Below, piece by piece: positions 28,882 to 37,969 of a stretch of 49,583 bases of DNA. The translations under genes were made by a program, and so were the position numbers. Position 1 is the first letter of the stretch. The number at the start of each line of letters is the position of its first letter. The notes below the pieces were generated by a model. That model worked only from the letters and a program-made list of their open reading frames with translations, ran no database searches and was not told the DNA's origin. The stretch comes from Bacteroidota bacterium (GTDB lineage: Bacteria; Bacteroidota; Bacteroidia; Bacteroidales; M50B96): contig JANTGP010000002.1 in the NCBI GenBank assembly GCA_024762835.1, positions 1-49,583 on the forward strand, read 5' to 3'.

Positions 28882-29109
28882 TTATTCAAATACCACTTTC
28901 TTTACTTTAATAGTATTTCTGCTGTAAATCGTAATAAGGTAAATACCTTTTGTATTGCCTATTATATTAAGCCTTATTGTTTTTGATTTTACAACAGATT
29001 CAGAGTAAATTAGTTTGCCTGTTATATCAAGAATATTCTCATCTATTGTTATTATGTGGGTATTACAATAAAAACAAAGGGATAATTTACAGGGCTTTAA
29101 GAATTTGGA
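28882..29109 (-). pseudogene. Orphan T9SS type A C-terminal sorting domain relic (no start codon, no upstream body)
   Basis: A 75-codon open frame bounded by TAG (29110-29112) and TAA (28882-28884), with no ATG/GTG/TTG. Translation ...IITIDENILDITGKLIYSESVVKSKTIRLNIIGNTKGIYLITIYSRNTIKVKKVVFE matches the Por secretion tail pattern (I.D..GK.V...... L..G.Y...I....... K.KK). Confidence 0.5.
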
Positions 29110-29229
29110 CTAAAGTAGTGTTGTTATTTATTTTAAACACAGCCCAAAGCTCGTTTCAGTTAATCTTATAGAATCCTGCTTTAATTACAGAAATTGACTG
29201 AACTTATTGGAACTCTCAAGAAAGAGATA

Positions 29230-29691
29230 TTAATATCTCAACTTATCTTCCATATCATTCCACATTTCAAAAGCAATTTTTGCTTTTGACCTCATCATTT
29301 GTTTAAATGGGATTTTGCGATTTTCTATATTCGCCTCAAGTTCTTCATAAATGAACGAATCATCAAAACCTGCATCTTTGGCATCAGATTTTGTATTTGC
29401 AAAATAAACCTTCTCAAGATGTGCCCAATAAATAGCACCAAGACACATCGGGCAAGGCTCGCAAGATGTATATATCTCGCAGCCCGACAAGTCAAAAGTT
29501 TCCAGGCTTTTACATGCTGTCCTAATGGCATTTACTTCAGCATGTGCAGTAGGATCGTTTGTTTTTGTTACGCTGTTTGATTCTGCCGCAATAACCTCAT
29601 TATCCTTTACAATAACTGCTGCAAAAGGACCACCTCCATTCTTAACACTATCAATTGATAAATCAATTGCTTTTTGCATAAATTTATTCAT
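29230..29691 (-). CDS. CDA-fold nucleoside/nucleobase deaminase (guanine deaminase-like or TadA-like)
   Basis: 153 aa. Zinc motifs HAEVNAIR and CEPCPMCLGAIYWA. The C-terminal DDSFIYEEL resembles the small bacterial guanine deaminases. The start overlaps the lspA stop by 8 nt. Confidence 0.75.
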   Translation of the reverse strand: MNKFMQKAIDLSIDSVKNGGGPFAAVIVKDNEVIAAESNSVTKTNDPTAHAEVNAIRTACKSLETFDLSGCEIYTSCEPCPMCLGAIYWAHLEKVYFANTKSDAKDAGFDDSFIYEELEANIENRKIPFKQMMRSKAKIAFEMWNDMEDKLRY

Positions 29692-30304
29692 CTACATGTT
29701 TATTAGTATTAAAAAATCTTTTCTGAAATAAAATAATAAAAAATACCCCAATAAAAATTGAAGAATCAGCTATATTAAACACAGGACGAAAGAAAATAAA
29801 TTGTTCATTCTTCCAAATTGGCATCCAATCGGGGAAATGACCTTTGACTACCGGAAAGTACAACATGTCAACAACTTTGCCATGTAAGAAACTTGAGTAT
29901 CCGCCCGACTCGGGGAACAATGTTGCAATTTGATGATAGCTATCATTAAAAATCAGTCCGTAAAAAGCACTATCAATGATATTACCGAATGCACCGGCAA
30001 AAATTAAAGACATGCTCAACATAAAACCAAGCCGGGCATTTTTCTTATTCAGATGAAATATATAATATCCTATTGCAGCAACAGCAAGTATTCTAAAAAT
30101 ACTTAGAGCTATTTTCCCAAAATCACCACCCAACTCCATGCCGAATGCCATTCCGTTATTCTCTGTAAAATGAATTACAAACCAATCACCAATAACTCTA
30201 TATTCCTGACCAATAAACATATGTGTTTTAATCCAAATCTTTATTATCTGGTCAATTAATAATACGATAAGAATTAAGGAAAAAGATTTTTGAAGTTTAG
30301 TCAT
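29684..30304 (-). CDS. lspA: Lipoprotein signal peptidase (signal peptidase II)
   Basis: Start at ATG 30304 (MTKLQKSFSLILIVLLIDQIIK); the ORF-track start 30352 is a TTG inside a hairpin. NNGMAFGM and FNIADSSI motifs. Confidence 0.88.
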   Translation of the reverse strand: MTKLQKSFSLILIVLLIDQIIKIWIKTHMFIGQEYRVIGDWFVIHFTENNGMAFGMELGGDFGKIALSIFRILAVAAIGYYIFHLNKKNARLGFMLSMSLIFAGAFGNIIDSAFYGLIFNDSYHQIATLFPESGGYSSFLHGKVVDMLYFPVVKGHFPDWMPIWKNEQFIFFRPVFNIADSSIFIGVFFIILFQKRFFNTNKHVDE

Positions 30305-30320
30305 ACAAGCTAAAAGTTGC

Positions 30321-30355
30321 AAATAAAAAATGATTGAAAATGCAATTTTCAATCA
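30321..30355 (-). terminator. Intrinsic terminator/attenuator-like hairpin between dksA-like gene and lspA
   Basis: Perfect 11-bp inverted repeat tgattgaaaat/attttcaatca (30331-30341 / 30345-30355) with a 3-nt loop. It is followed on the minus strand by TTTTTTATTT. Confidence 0.5.
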
Positions 30356-30380
30356 TTCCCTATTTCGTTAATTTCAATAT

Positions 30381-30761
30381 TTATTGGTTTCTCTTAGCAT
30401 CAATACTTAAAGTTGCATGAGGCACTGCACGTAATCTTTCTTTTGAAATTAGTTTACCTGTTTCGCGACAAATACCATAAGTTTTATTCCCTATTCTAAC
30501 TAAAGCAGCTTCTAAATGTTGAATAAATTTAGCCTGACGTTGAGCTAATTTTCCAGCTTCTTCTTTTGACAATACAGAAGCTCCCTCTTCCAAAACTTTA
30601 AAAGTTGGCGATGTATCCAGAATATCATTCCCATCGGCGTGGGATATACTTTGCTGTAACAAATCATAATCTTTTCTCGCTTTGGCAATCTTATCAAGAA
30701 TTAATTGCTTAAATTCTTCTAATTCTTCATCTGAATATCTGGTTTTTTCTGACTCTTCCAT
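30381..30761 (-). CDS. TraR/DksA family transcriptional regulator (Bacteroidota type, incomplete Cys4 finger)
   Basis: 126 aa. Coiled-coil N-terminus and C-terminal YGICRETGKLISKERLRAVPHATLS. Positioned between ileS and lspA, as is usual in Bacteroidota. Confidence 0.8.
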   Translation of the reverse strand: MEESEKTRYSDEELEEFKQLILDKIAKARKDYDLLQQSISHADGNDILDTSPTFKVLEEGASVLSKEEAGKLAQRQAKFIQHLEAALVRIGNKTYGICRETGKLISKERLRAVPHATLSIDAKRNQ

Positions 30762-30817
30762 AACAATTATTTTATGTCATAAATATAACAAAAATTTCTA
30801 CTTTTTCTAAAATTAAT

Positions 30818-33800
30818 TTATTGTTTACTAACTTTCAAGCGGACATTTACATCTTTATCTATTTCAATTAGTTTTGAATCATCATCCTGAAGCTTGTCAA
30901 CTAGTTTTATTTCATTTGCTAATGTTTGCTGTGCAATATAATTCCCGTGTTGTTTAATTGCACTATTAATAGCATCGTGTTTTTCAATTTCAATCAGAAT
31001 TTTATCAATTACCTCATAGCCGTTGTCTTTCCTCATATTCTGAATCCTATTAATAAATTCGCGAGCTATACCCTCCGAACGCAGTTCATCGCTGATTGTT
31101 ATATCAAGGGCAACGGTAATTATACCATCATTAGCAACCAACCATCCTTCTATATCTTTTGTAACAATTTCTACCTCATCAAGTGTAATCTTATAATTCT
31201 CATTATCAATAACAATATCAATTTCTTTATTTGTCTCGATATTTCTGATATCATCACGACTCAGACCGGAGATAGTAGCAGCTGCCTGCTTCATCAATTT
31301 ACCAAATCGCCTTCCAAGTAATTTAAAGTTTGGCTTAATAGATTTTACAAAGACCTCAGAATCCTGAGTTACCAAGTCCAGTTCTTTTACATTTAATTCC
31401 GAGAGTATGATATTACTTACTGCTTTTAGTTGTTCTTCCTGTTTTTTGCTTGCAACAGGAATCATTATTTTACTGAGGGGCTGACGAACCTTAAGACTTA
31501 CCTTACGTCGTAAACCAAGGACCATAGATGAAACTTTTTGTGCAATATTCATCCTTTCTTCAAGGTCAATATATATCAAGTTATCATCAAATACAGGAAA
31601 CTCAGCAAGATGAACAGATTCTGTAATGTCTTTCTTTGTTGTTTGATTTAAATCAACAAATAATCTATCGGTATAAAAAGGTGCAACAGGAGAAGCTAAT
31701 CTTGAAATGGTTTCCAAACAAGTGTAAAGTGTTTGATAGGCAGAGATTTTATCATGGTTGTAATCGCCACCCCAAAAACGTTTACGACTTAAGCGAACAT
31801 ACCAATTGCTCAAATTCTCGGTAACAAAATCGGAAATAGCTCTAGCGGCTTTAGTAGGAAAATAATTTTCGTAATAACCGCCCACCTCTTTTATCAATGA
31901 ATTTAATAAAGACAATATCCACCTGTCGAGTTCCGGCCTGTCCTCAATAGCAATTTCATTTTCTGAATACGTAAAGCCATCAACATTAGCATAAAGAGCA
32001 AAGAACGAATATGTATTATATAAAGTTCCAAAGAATTTACGTCTTACTTCGTCTATTCCCGCTTCGTCAAATTTAAGGTTATCCCATGGTTGAGCATTGG
32101 TAATCATGTACCAACGTAAGGGGTCAGAGCCATATTTTTCAATTGTTACAAAAGGGTCAACCGCATTTCCCAGTCTTTTCGACATTTTGTTTCCTTTGCT
32201 GTCGAGAACAAGGCCATTTGAAATAATATTTTTAAATGATACGGAATCAGATATCATTGTTGCAATTGCATGTAAAGTAAAGAACCAGCCTCTTGTTTGG
32301 TCAACTCCCTCGGCAATAAAGTCAGCAGGAAATACCTTATCAAAGCTTTCTTTATTTTCAAAAGGATAATGAACCTGAGCATAAGGCATTGCCCCTGAAT
32401 CGAACCACACATCAATTAAGTCCGGTTCACGAAACATCTTTTTCCCATTTTCAGAACAAAGAACTATCCTGTCAACATAAGGACGGTGCAAATCAAACTT
32501 TTCATAATTTTCTTTGCTGTTGTCACCCGCGATAAAATCAGCCAAAGGATTTGAATCCATAAATCCGGCATTAACTGATTTATCTATCTCGATTTTTAAT
32601 TCTTCGGCTGAGCCAATGCAAATAATATCCTCACGATCTTCGCTAGCCCATATTGGAAGAGGGGTTCCCCAAAAACGGGAGCGGCTTAAATTCCAGTCAA
32701 CAAGATTTTCGAGCCATTTGCCAAAACGACCCGTACCGGTTGATTGCGGTTTCCAGTTAATTGTTTTATTTAGCTCAATCATCCTTTCTTTGTACGCAGT
32801 TGTTTTAACAAACCACGAATCAAGAGGATAATACAAAACCGGTTTATCGGTACGCCAACAATGAGGATAATTATGAACGTGCTTCTCTACCTTAAATGCT
32901 TTGTTATGTTTCTTTAAAACTTCAACTGCAATATGTACATCAAGAGAAGGATCTTTCTCCGAAAGCTCAGAATCATAAGAGTTTTTTACATATTTTCCCG
33001 AAAACTCAGAATACAAATCAACATTAACGAACTCTTTAACAAACTCTTTGTCAAGCTCATCAATAGGATAAAGCCGTCCTTTCTTATCAACCATTGGTTG
33101 GTTCTTTCCGTTCTTGTCAATTAAGAGTAATGGAACAATGTCGTTTTGTTTAGCAACACGATCATCATCAGCCCCAAAAGTGGGTGCAATATGGACTATA
33201 CCTGTTCCGTCTTCGGTTGTAACAAAATCGCCCAAAATAACTTTAAATGCATTGCCGTTGGGATGCATCCACGGAATAAGCTGCTCATAATTAATAGCTT
33301 CCAAGTCGGCACCTTTATATTCTCCAATAACTTTAAAAGGAATATCCTTATCACCCGGTTTATAATCATCGAAACTTATTCCCTCATTTTTCTCGGGGAA
33401 ATAATTAGATAATAAATCTTTTGCAAGGATAACAGTAATTGCTTCGTATGTATATTGATTAAATGTTTGAACCTTTACATAACTAATCTTTGGGCCAACA
33501 GCAAGAGCAGTATTTGATGGTAAAGTCCATGGTGTTGTTGTCCATGCAATAAAATATAAATCTGTTTCAACATCATCAAAAAGAAATTGAGAAACTTCGT
33601 CTTTTATTACCTTAAACTGTCCAATAGCTGTTGTATCTTTAACGTCGCGATAACAACCGGGCTGATTTAGCTCATGAGAGCTTAAACCTGTACCGGCAGC
33701 CGGCGAATATGGTTGTATTGTATAACCTTTGTATAAAAGACCTTTATTAAAAAGCTGCTTTAATAACCACCAAAGAGTTTCAATATATCGATTATCGTAA

Positions 33801-34255
33801 GTAATATACGGATTATCCATATTTACCCAGTAACCCATTTTGTTTGTGAGGTCTTCCCAAAGGTCGGTGTATTTCATCACGTCAACACGGCAAGCTTTGT
33901 TATATTCCTCAACAGAAATCTTTTTACCGATATCTTCCTTTGTTATACCAAGAGTTTTCTCTACGCCAAGTTCAACGGGCAAGCCATGAGTATCCCATCC
34001 TGCTTTACGATCAACCTTAAAACCTTGTAATGTTTTATATCTGCAAAAGATATCTTTTATGGTTCGAGCCATAACATGATGAATACCGGGTTTACCATTT
34101 GCTGAAGGAGGTCCTTCATAAAAAACAAAATCGGGATTATTCTCTCTTGAACTTATACTTTTCTCAAAAGTTCCGTTCTTACCCCAGAGTTCTAATACTT
34201 CTTTATTAATCTCCGAAAGGTTTAATCCTTGATGTTCAGGGAATTTATTTGCCAT
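30818..34255 (-). CDS. ileS: Isoleucine--tRNA ligase (long, type 2 form)
   Basis: 1145 aa. PPSANGKPGIHHV (HIGH-type) and KMSKRLGN (KMSKS) motifs. N-terminus MANKFPEH... Confidence 0.95.
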   Translation of the reverse strand: MANKFPEHQGLNLSEINKEVLELWGKNGTFEKSISSRENNPDFVFYEGPPSANGKPGIHHVMARTIKDIFCRYKTLQGFKVDRKAGWDTHGLPVELGVEKTLGITKEDIGKKISVEEYNKACRVDVMKYTDLWEDLTNKMGYWVNMDNPYITYDNRYIETLWWLLKQLFNKGLLYKGYTIQPYSPAAGTGLSSHELNQPGCYRDVKDTTAIGQFKVIKDEVSQFLFDDVETDLYFIAWTTTPWTLPSNTALAVGPKISYVKVQTFNQYTYEAITVILAKDLLSNYFPEKNEGISFDDYKPGDKDIPFKVIGEYKGADLEAINYEQLIPWMHPNGNAFKVILGDFVTTEDGTGIVHIAPTFGADDDRVAKQNDIVPLLLIDKNGKNQPMVDKKGRLYPIDELDKEFVKEFVNVDLYSEFSGKYVKNSYDSELSEKDPSLDVHIAVEVLKKHNKAFKVEKHVHNYPHCWRTDKPVLYYPLDSWFVKTTAYKERMIELNKTINWKPQSTGTGRFGKWLENLVDWNLSRSRFWGTPLPIWASEDREDIICIGSAEELKIEIDKSVNAGFMDSNPLADFIAGDNSKENYEKFDLHRPYVDRIVLCSENGKKMFREPDLIDVWFDSGAMPYAQVHYPFENKESFDKVFPADFIAEGVDQTRGWFFTLHAIATMISDSVSFKNIISNGLVLDSKGNKMSKRLGNAVDPFVTIEKYGSDPLRWYMITNAQPWDNLKFDEAGIDEVRRKFFGTLYNTYSFFALYANVDGFTYSENEIAIEDRPELDRWILSLLNSLIKEVGGYYENYFPTKAARAISDFVTENLSNWYVRLSRKRFWGGDYNHDKISAYQTLYTCLETISRLASPVAPFYTDRLFVDLNQTTKKDITESVHLAEFPVFDDNLIYIDLEERMNIAQKVSSMVLGLRRKVSLKVRQPLSKIMIPVASKKQEEQLKAVSNIILSELNVKELDLVTQDSEVFVKSIKPNFKLLGRRFGKLMKQAAATISGLSRDDIRNIETNKEIDIVIDNENYKITLDEVEIVTKDIEGWLVANDGIITVALDITISDELRSEGIAREFINRIQNMRKDNGYEVIDKILIEIEKHDAINSAIKQHGNYIAQQTLANEIKLVDKLQDDDSKLIEIDKDVNVRLKVSKQ

Positions 34256-34289
34256 ATCAATAGTAATATCAGTTCTTTAAAAAATCTCA

Positions 34290-34297
34290 CAAATATA
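34290..34297 (-). promoter_or_regulatory. Putative -7 promoter box (tatatttg) for the ileS operon
   Basis: Exact TAnnTTTG on the minus strand, 34 nt upstream of the ileS ATG. Confidence 0.4.
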
Positions 34298-34467
34298 GTT
34301 TATACCATATAAAAAGCAATTTTTATTTTTTCATACATAGTAATAATCTGAGTTCGGATAAGAATAACTCATTTATTTGGTTTGATAAACCAAACGAAGA
34401 CGAACCACTTGTTAATAATTGAATATCTTAAATCGGTCTGTAATGAATAAATTTCCAACTATAGGTA

Positions 34468-35715
34468 TTAAAAAAACCTCCAAACAATAAAGTAAATGCT
34501 AAAAGCACTAAGGACAAACAAACCAATCCAACTCATTACACGTAGCCATAATTTTGGTCGTGCTTCCTCGGGCATATTAGGAGCTGTTACAACTCTATAA
34601 TTCAACCATCCTAGTAATGGAGCTGTTATAAAGGACATTGTTGTTACAATATCAACCATAGAGCGCATATTTGCAACATAATACTTAATAATTATAAAAG
34701 CACCGGCTGCTACAATTAACAACCATATCAGACTTAGCCAGTTAAATTCTTTCTTCGATTTTATCTTAGGTAAAATCATTTCAGTAGCAGGTTTCAAAAC
34801 TCTGGGATAAGCATCGAGACAAGTTAAAGTTGTGCTAAACATAGTTGCAATTGCAGCTACCGAAATTAGGACAAATGCCCATGGACCAAGTGATGAAGTA
34901 TACAAGTTGATTAATTGTCCTGCAAACTTTGTCCCTGATGGGGAGAACTGTTCACCCGAACCGTACATTACCAAAGCACCAAGCGATAAGAATCCAATTG
35001 CAAGTACAGCAGTCCCAATGTATCCAACATTAAAATCTAATAATACCTCCTTAAGCTTAGGAGCATAACCCGTATCTTTTTTCCTGGCTAAAGTCCAGAA
35101 TGAATGCCAAATAGAAACATCAATAGCAGTAGGCATCCAACCGGCAAATGCAATTAAAAATGCTACATCGCCCAAATTCCAATCAAAAGTAGAAGTAAAC
35201 TCTGGATTTGGATTATAGCCATTTGATAAAATTGAGAAAACTGCAATCAGGGTTGATAATGCCAGTATAATAATAACGAACTTAATAATCTTGTCTAACC
35301 ATGAAAATCTCCCGATCATTACAATAAAAACCAGGACAATTAAGGTAATACCTGACCATGTAACACTATCGAACGAATTTGGGAAAATATACGAAAGCAG
35401 ACCTGCCGTAACAATAGTAACAGCAGCTTGTAATGCAAACATTGTTGCTATTGTAAGAAACATGTATAAATAAACGGCCCATTTGCCAAGCCTGTTATAT
35501 CCATGCAACAAACTTTCACCTGTTGATGCAGCATATCGGGGTGCAAACTCAAAAAACGGATATTTAATAAGATGAATGGCAAAAATTACCCAAACAAGCT
35601 CGAAACCATACATTGCTCCCGCCCTTGTGCTTTGAACAAGATGTGAAACTCCAATTGCAGCTCCTGCCCAAATTAAGCCCGGACCAAGAGTTTTTAAAAA
35701 AGATTTTACATTCAT
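34468..35715 (-). CDS. NRAMP-family divalent metal cation transporter
   Basis: 415 aa with about 11 predicted hydrophobic helices. N-terminal GPGLIWAGAAIGVSHLVQSTRAGA resembles the Nramp DPGN-region consensus. Confidence 0.75.
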   Translation of the reverse strand: MNVKSFLKTLGPGLIWAGAAIGVSHLVQSTRAGAMYGFELVWVIFAIHLIKYPFFEFAPRYAASTGESLLHGYNRLGKWAVYLYMFLTIATMFALQAAVTIVTAGLLSYIFPNSFDSVTWSGITLIVLVFIVMIGRFSWLDKIIKFVIIILALSTLIAVFSILSNGYNPNPEFTSTFDWNLGDVAFLIAFAGWMPTAIDVSIWHSFWTLARKKDTGYAPKLKEVLLDFNVGYIGTAVLAIGFLSLGALVMYGSGEQFSPSGTKFAGQLINLYTSSLGPWAFVLISVAAIATMFSTTLTCLDAYPRVLKPATEMILPKIKSKKEFNWLSLIWLLIVAAGAFIIIKYYVANMRSMVDIVTTMSFITAPLLGWLNYRVVTAPNMPEEARPKLWLRVMSWIGLFVLSAFSIYFIVWRFF

Positions 35716-35772
35716 ATCATTAAATTTGTTTGCTAATTACTTTGTCAAAAGAACTGAACTATTATGCAAAGC

Positions 35773-35780
35773 CAAAATTA
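35773..35780 (-). promoter_or_regulatory. Putative -7 promoter box (taattttg) for the NRAMP gene
   Basis: Exact TAnnTTTG on the minus strand, 57 nt upstream of ATG 35715. Confidence 0.35.
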
Positions 35781-35863
35781 ATAAATTGAATATTCAAATT
35801 GTAATTTATTTGGAATAATATCTGATTGTTGATGTATGCACTATATAAGTTTTTTACATTTGC

Positions 35864-36820
35864 ATGATTGAAAATTTTGATAAAGTGAAAATCCATCATA
35901 GTCTAAATAAGCTTAATATTAAAAATGCAATTGTTACAATTGGCATGTTTGACGGTGTACACAGAGGTCATCATATGATTTTAGACAGAATTAAGGAGGT
36001 TGCAAAATTGCATAATGGTGAGTCGGTTGTGATAACATTCTGGCCACATCCTCGCTTAGTTTTAGCCCCTGAGAACACTTACTTAAGATATCTTACTACT
36101 ATTAAAGAAAAAATTAAGCTTCTTGAGGAGGCTAAGATTGACCATGTTATAATAATTAATTTCACAAAAGAGTTTGCACAAAAAACTGCAAATGAATTTA
36201 CCGAAGAAATTCTTGTCAGCAAAATAAAGGTGAAATATTTAGTTCTGGGATACGACCACAGGTTTGGTAAAGACAGAAAAGGTACTCTTGACGATATGAA
36301 ACTATGTGCCAACAAGTATAATTTCAAGGTTGAAAAACTAAATGCTATCAGCTCAGGCAAGGAAATTATAAGCTCAACCAAGATTAGAGAAGCTATTGAA
36401 AACGGTGAGATTGAGAAAGCAAACGATTATCTTGCTTACGATTATTTCATTCTCGGACGAGTTATTAAAGGCAACAGAATAGGCCGTTCAATCGGATTCC
36501 CAACAGCAAACATCAAGATACAAGACAAACATAAGCAAAAACCGGGTATTGGTGTTTATGCAGTTGACATATTGTTTGAGAATAATCTGTACCACGGCAT
36601 GCTTAATATCGGTTATAGACCAACTATCGAAGAGAAGGTAAAAACAAAAACTACAGAAGTTCATATTTTTAACTTCGACAAGAACATCTACGAAAAAGAA
36701 GTGTTAGTAATATTTAAGAAGAAAATACGCAACGAATTCAGATTTTCAAATATTGATGGACTAAAAGCACAACTAGAAACAGACAAAAAAATGGTTCAGG
36801 ATTATTTTAATTTACTTTAA
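35864..36820 (+). CDS. ribF: Bifunctional riboflavin kinase / FAD synthetase
   Basis: 318 aa. IGMFDGVHRGH adenylyltransferase motif and GRVIKGNRIGRSIGFPTAN kinase motif. Confidence 0.9.
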   Translation: MIENFDKVKIHHSLNKLNIKNAIVTIGMFDGVHRGHHMILDRIKEVAKLHNGESVVITFWPHPRLVLAPENTYLRYLTTIKEKIKLLEEAKIDHVIIINFTKEFAQKTANEFTEEILVSKIKVKYLVLGYDHRFGKDRKGTLDDMKLCANKYNFKVEKLNAISSGKEIISSTKIREAIENGEIEKANDYLAYDYFILGRVIKGNRIGRSIGFPTANIKIQDKHKQKPGIGVYAVDILFENNLYHGMLNIGYRPTIEEKVKTKTTEVHIFNFDKNIYEKEVLVIFKKKIRNEFRFSNIDGLKAQLETDKKMVQDYFNLL

Positions 36821-36882
36821 AAAATTAGTTTTACCGGTAATTGTTGCATCATTAGGCATCCTCTGCCAGCAAAAATATAAAA

Positions 36883-37920
36883 ATGGAAAAAGATATTTTA
36901 TTAGGAAAAACACTCAACGAATTAACAGAAATAGTCAATAAATCAGGTTTACCCAGATTTACTGCAAAACAAATTGCTGACTGGCTTTATAAAAAGAATA
37001 TTTCATCAATTGATGAAATGAGTAATTTATCAAAGAAAGCACGAGAACTGTTGTCTCAAAACTTCGACCTTGGATTTATTGACCACAGTAATGTGCAAAC
37101 CTCAAAAGACGGAACAAAGAAATATTTATTTCCGGCAAACGGTGGTAATTTTATCGAAACAGCTTATATTCCAGATGAAACAAGAAATACCCTTTGTATA
37201 TCAACTCAGGTTGGATGCAAAATGGGCTGTTCCTTTTGCATGACAGGAAAACAAGGTTTTCAGTCTAACCTGTCTTCAGGCGAAATTATTAATCAGATAA
37301 AAAACTTTCCCGAATCCGATACTCTTACAAATATCGTTTATATGGGCATGGGAGAACCATTTGATAATATTGATGAAGTAATGAAAAGTTTAGAGATTCT
37401 TACTTCTGATTGGGGTTTTGCGATGAGTCCAAAGCGTATTACTGTTTCTTCAATTGGTATCATTCCGGCAATGAAGAGATTTCTTGCCGAAAGCAATTGT
37501 CATCTTGCTATAAGCTTACATACACCTTTTGATGATGACAGAAGAGAAATTATGCCTATTCAAAAAGTATATCCCATAAAAAATGTTATTGACGAATTAA
37601 AAAACTGGAATTGGTCCGGTCAGCGTAGAATTTCTTTTGAGTATATTATGTTTAAAGGATTGAACGACCAGCAACGCCATCTTGACGAATTGGCATTTTT
37701 ACTTAAAGATTTAAATTGCAGGATTAATCTCATCCACTTCCACCCTATTCCAAAAACTGATTTAAAAGGAACTGATTATCATCAAATGGAAGTTTTCAGA
37801 GACGCTTTAACAAGAAAAGGAATTATTACAACAATAAGACGCTCGAGAGGAAAAGATATTTTTGCAGCTTGTGGATTACTTTCGACAAAAGAGATAGTAA
37901 AAAACAAATCGAAGAAGTAA
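36883..37920 (+). CDS. rlmN: 23S rRNA (adenine2503-C2)-methyltransferase, radical SAM
   Basis: 345 aa. GCKMGCSFCMTG (CxxxCxxC), MGMGEP, and the C-terminal ACG motif. Confidence 0.9.
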   Translation: MEKDILLGKTLNELTEIVNKSGLPRFTAKQIADWLYKKNISSIDEMSNLSKKARELLSQNFDLGFIDHSNVQTSKDGTKKYLFPANGGNFIETAYIPDETRNTLCISTQVGCKMGCSFCMTGKQGFQSNLSSGEIINQIKNFPESDTLTNIVYMGMGEPFDNIDEVMKSLEILTSDWGFAMSPKRITVSSIGIIPAMKRFLAESNCHLAISLHTPFDDDRREIMPIQKVYPIKNVIDELKNWNWSGQRRISFEYIMFKGLNDQQRHLDELAFLLKDLNCRINLIHFHPIPKTDLKGTDYHQMEVFRDALTRKGIITTIRRSRGKDIFAACGLLSTKEIVKNKSKK

Positions 37921-37969
37921 AGACTGAGCAAGTAAATAAGACAAAACAGTCTCAAAAAAACATACTATA

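Noticed and set aside
28868-29112. Idea that the T9SS CTD relic is an invertible segment that could be flipped onto the end of the adjacent plus-strand secreted protein gene
   Set aside because: I found no flanking inverted repeats and no nearby recombinase. Simple gene decay is the more economical explanation.
30926-31321. 131-aa plus-strand ORF inside ileS, and similar antisense ORFs at 17001-17351, 32514-32831 and 36079-36381
   Set aside because: They are antisense to strongly supported conserved genes. Their composition is typical of shadow ORFs and they carry no motifs.
34376-34394. Hairpin tttggttt-gat-aaaccaaa between the NRAMP gene and ileS, as a possible terminator
   Set aside because: On the coding (minus) strand it is not followed by a T-run, and the stem is almost entirely A/T. 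The evidence is too weak to annotate.
35855-35862. TAnnTTTG match (tacatttg) just before ribF
   Set aside because: It ends 1 nt before the ribF ATG, so a transcript started from it would lack the start codon. The next in-frame Met falls inside the conserved FAD synthetase motif. It is probably a chance match.
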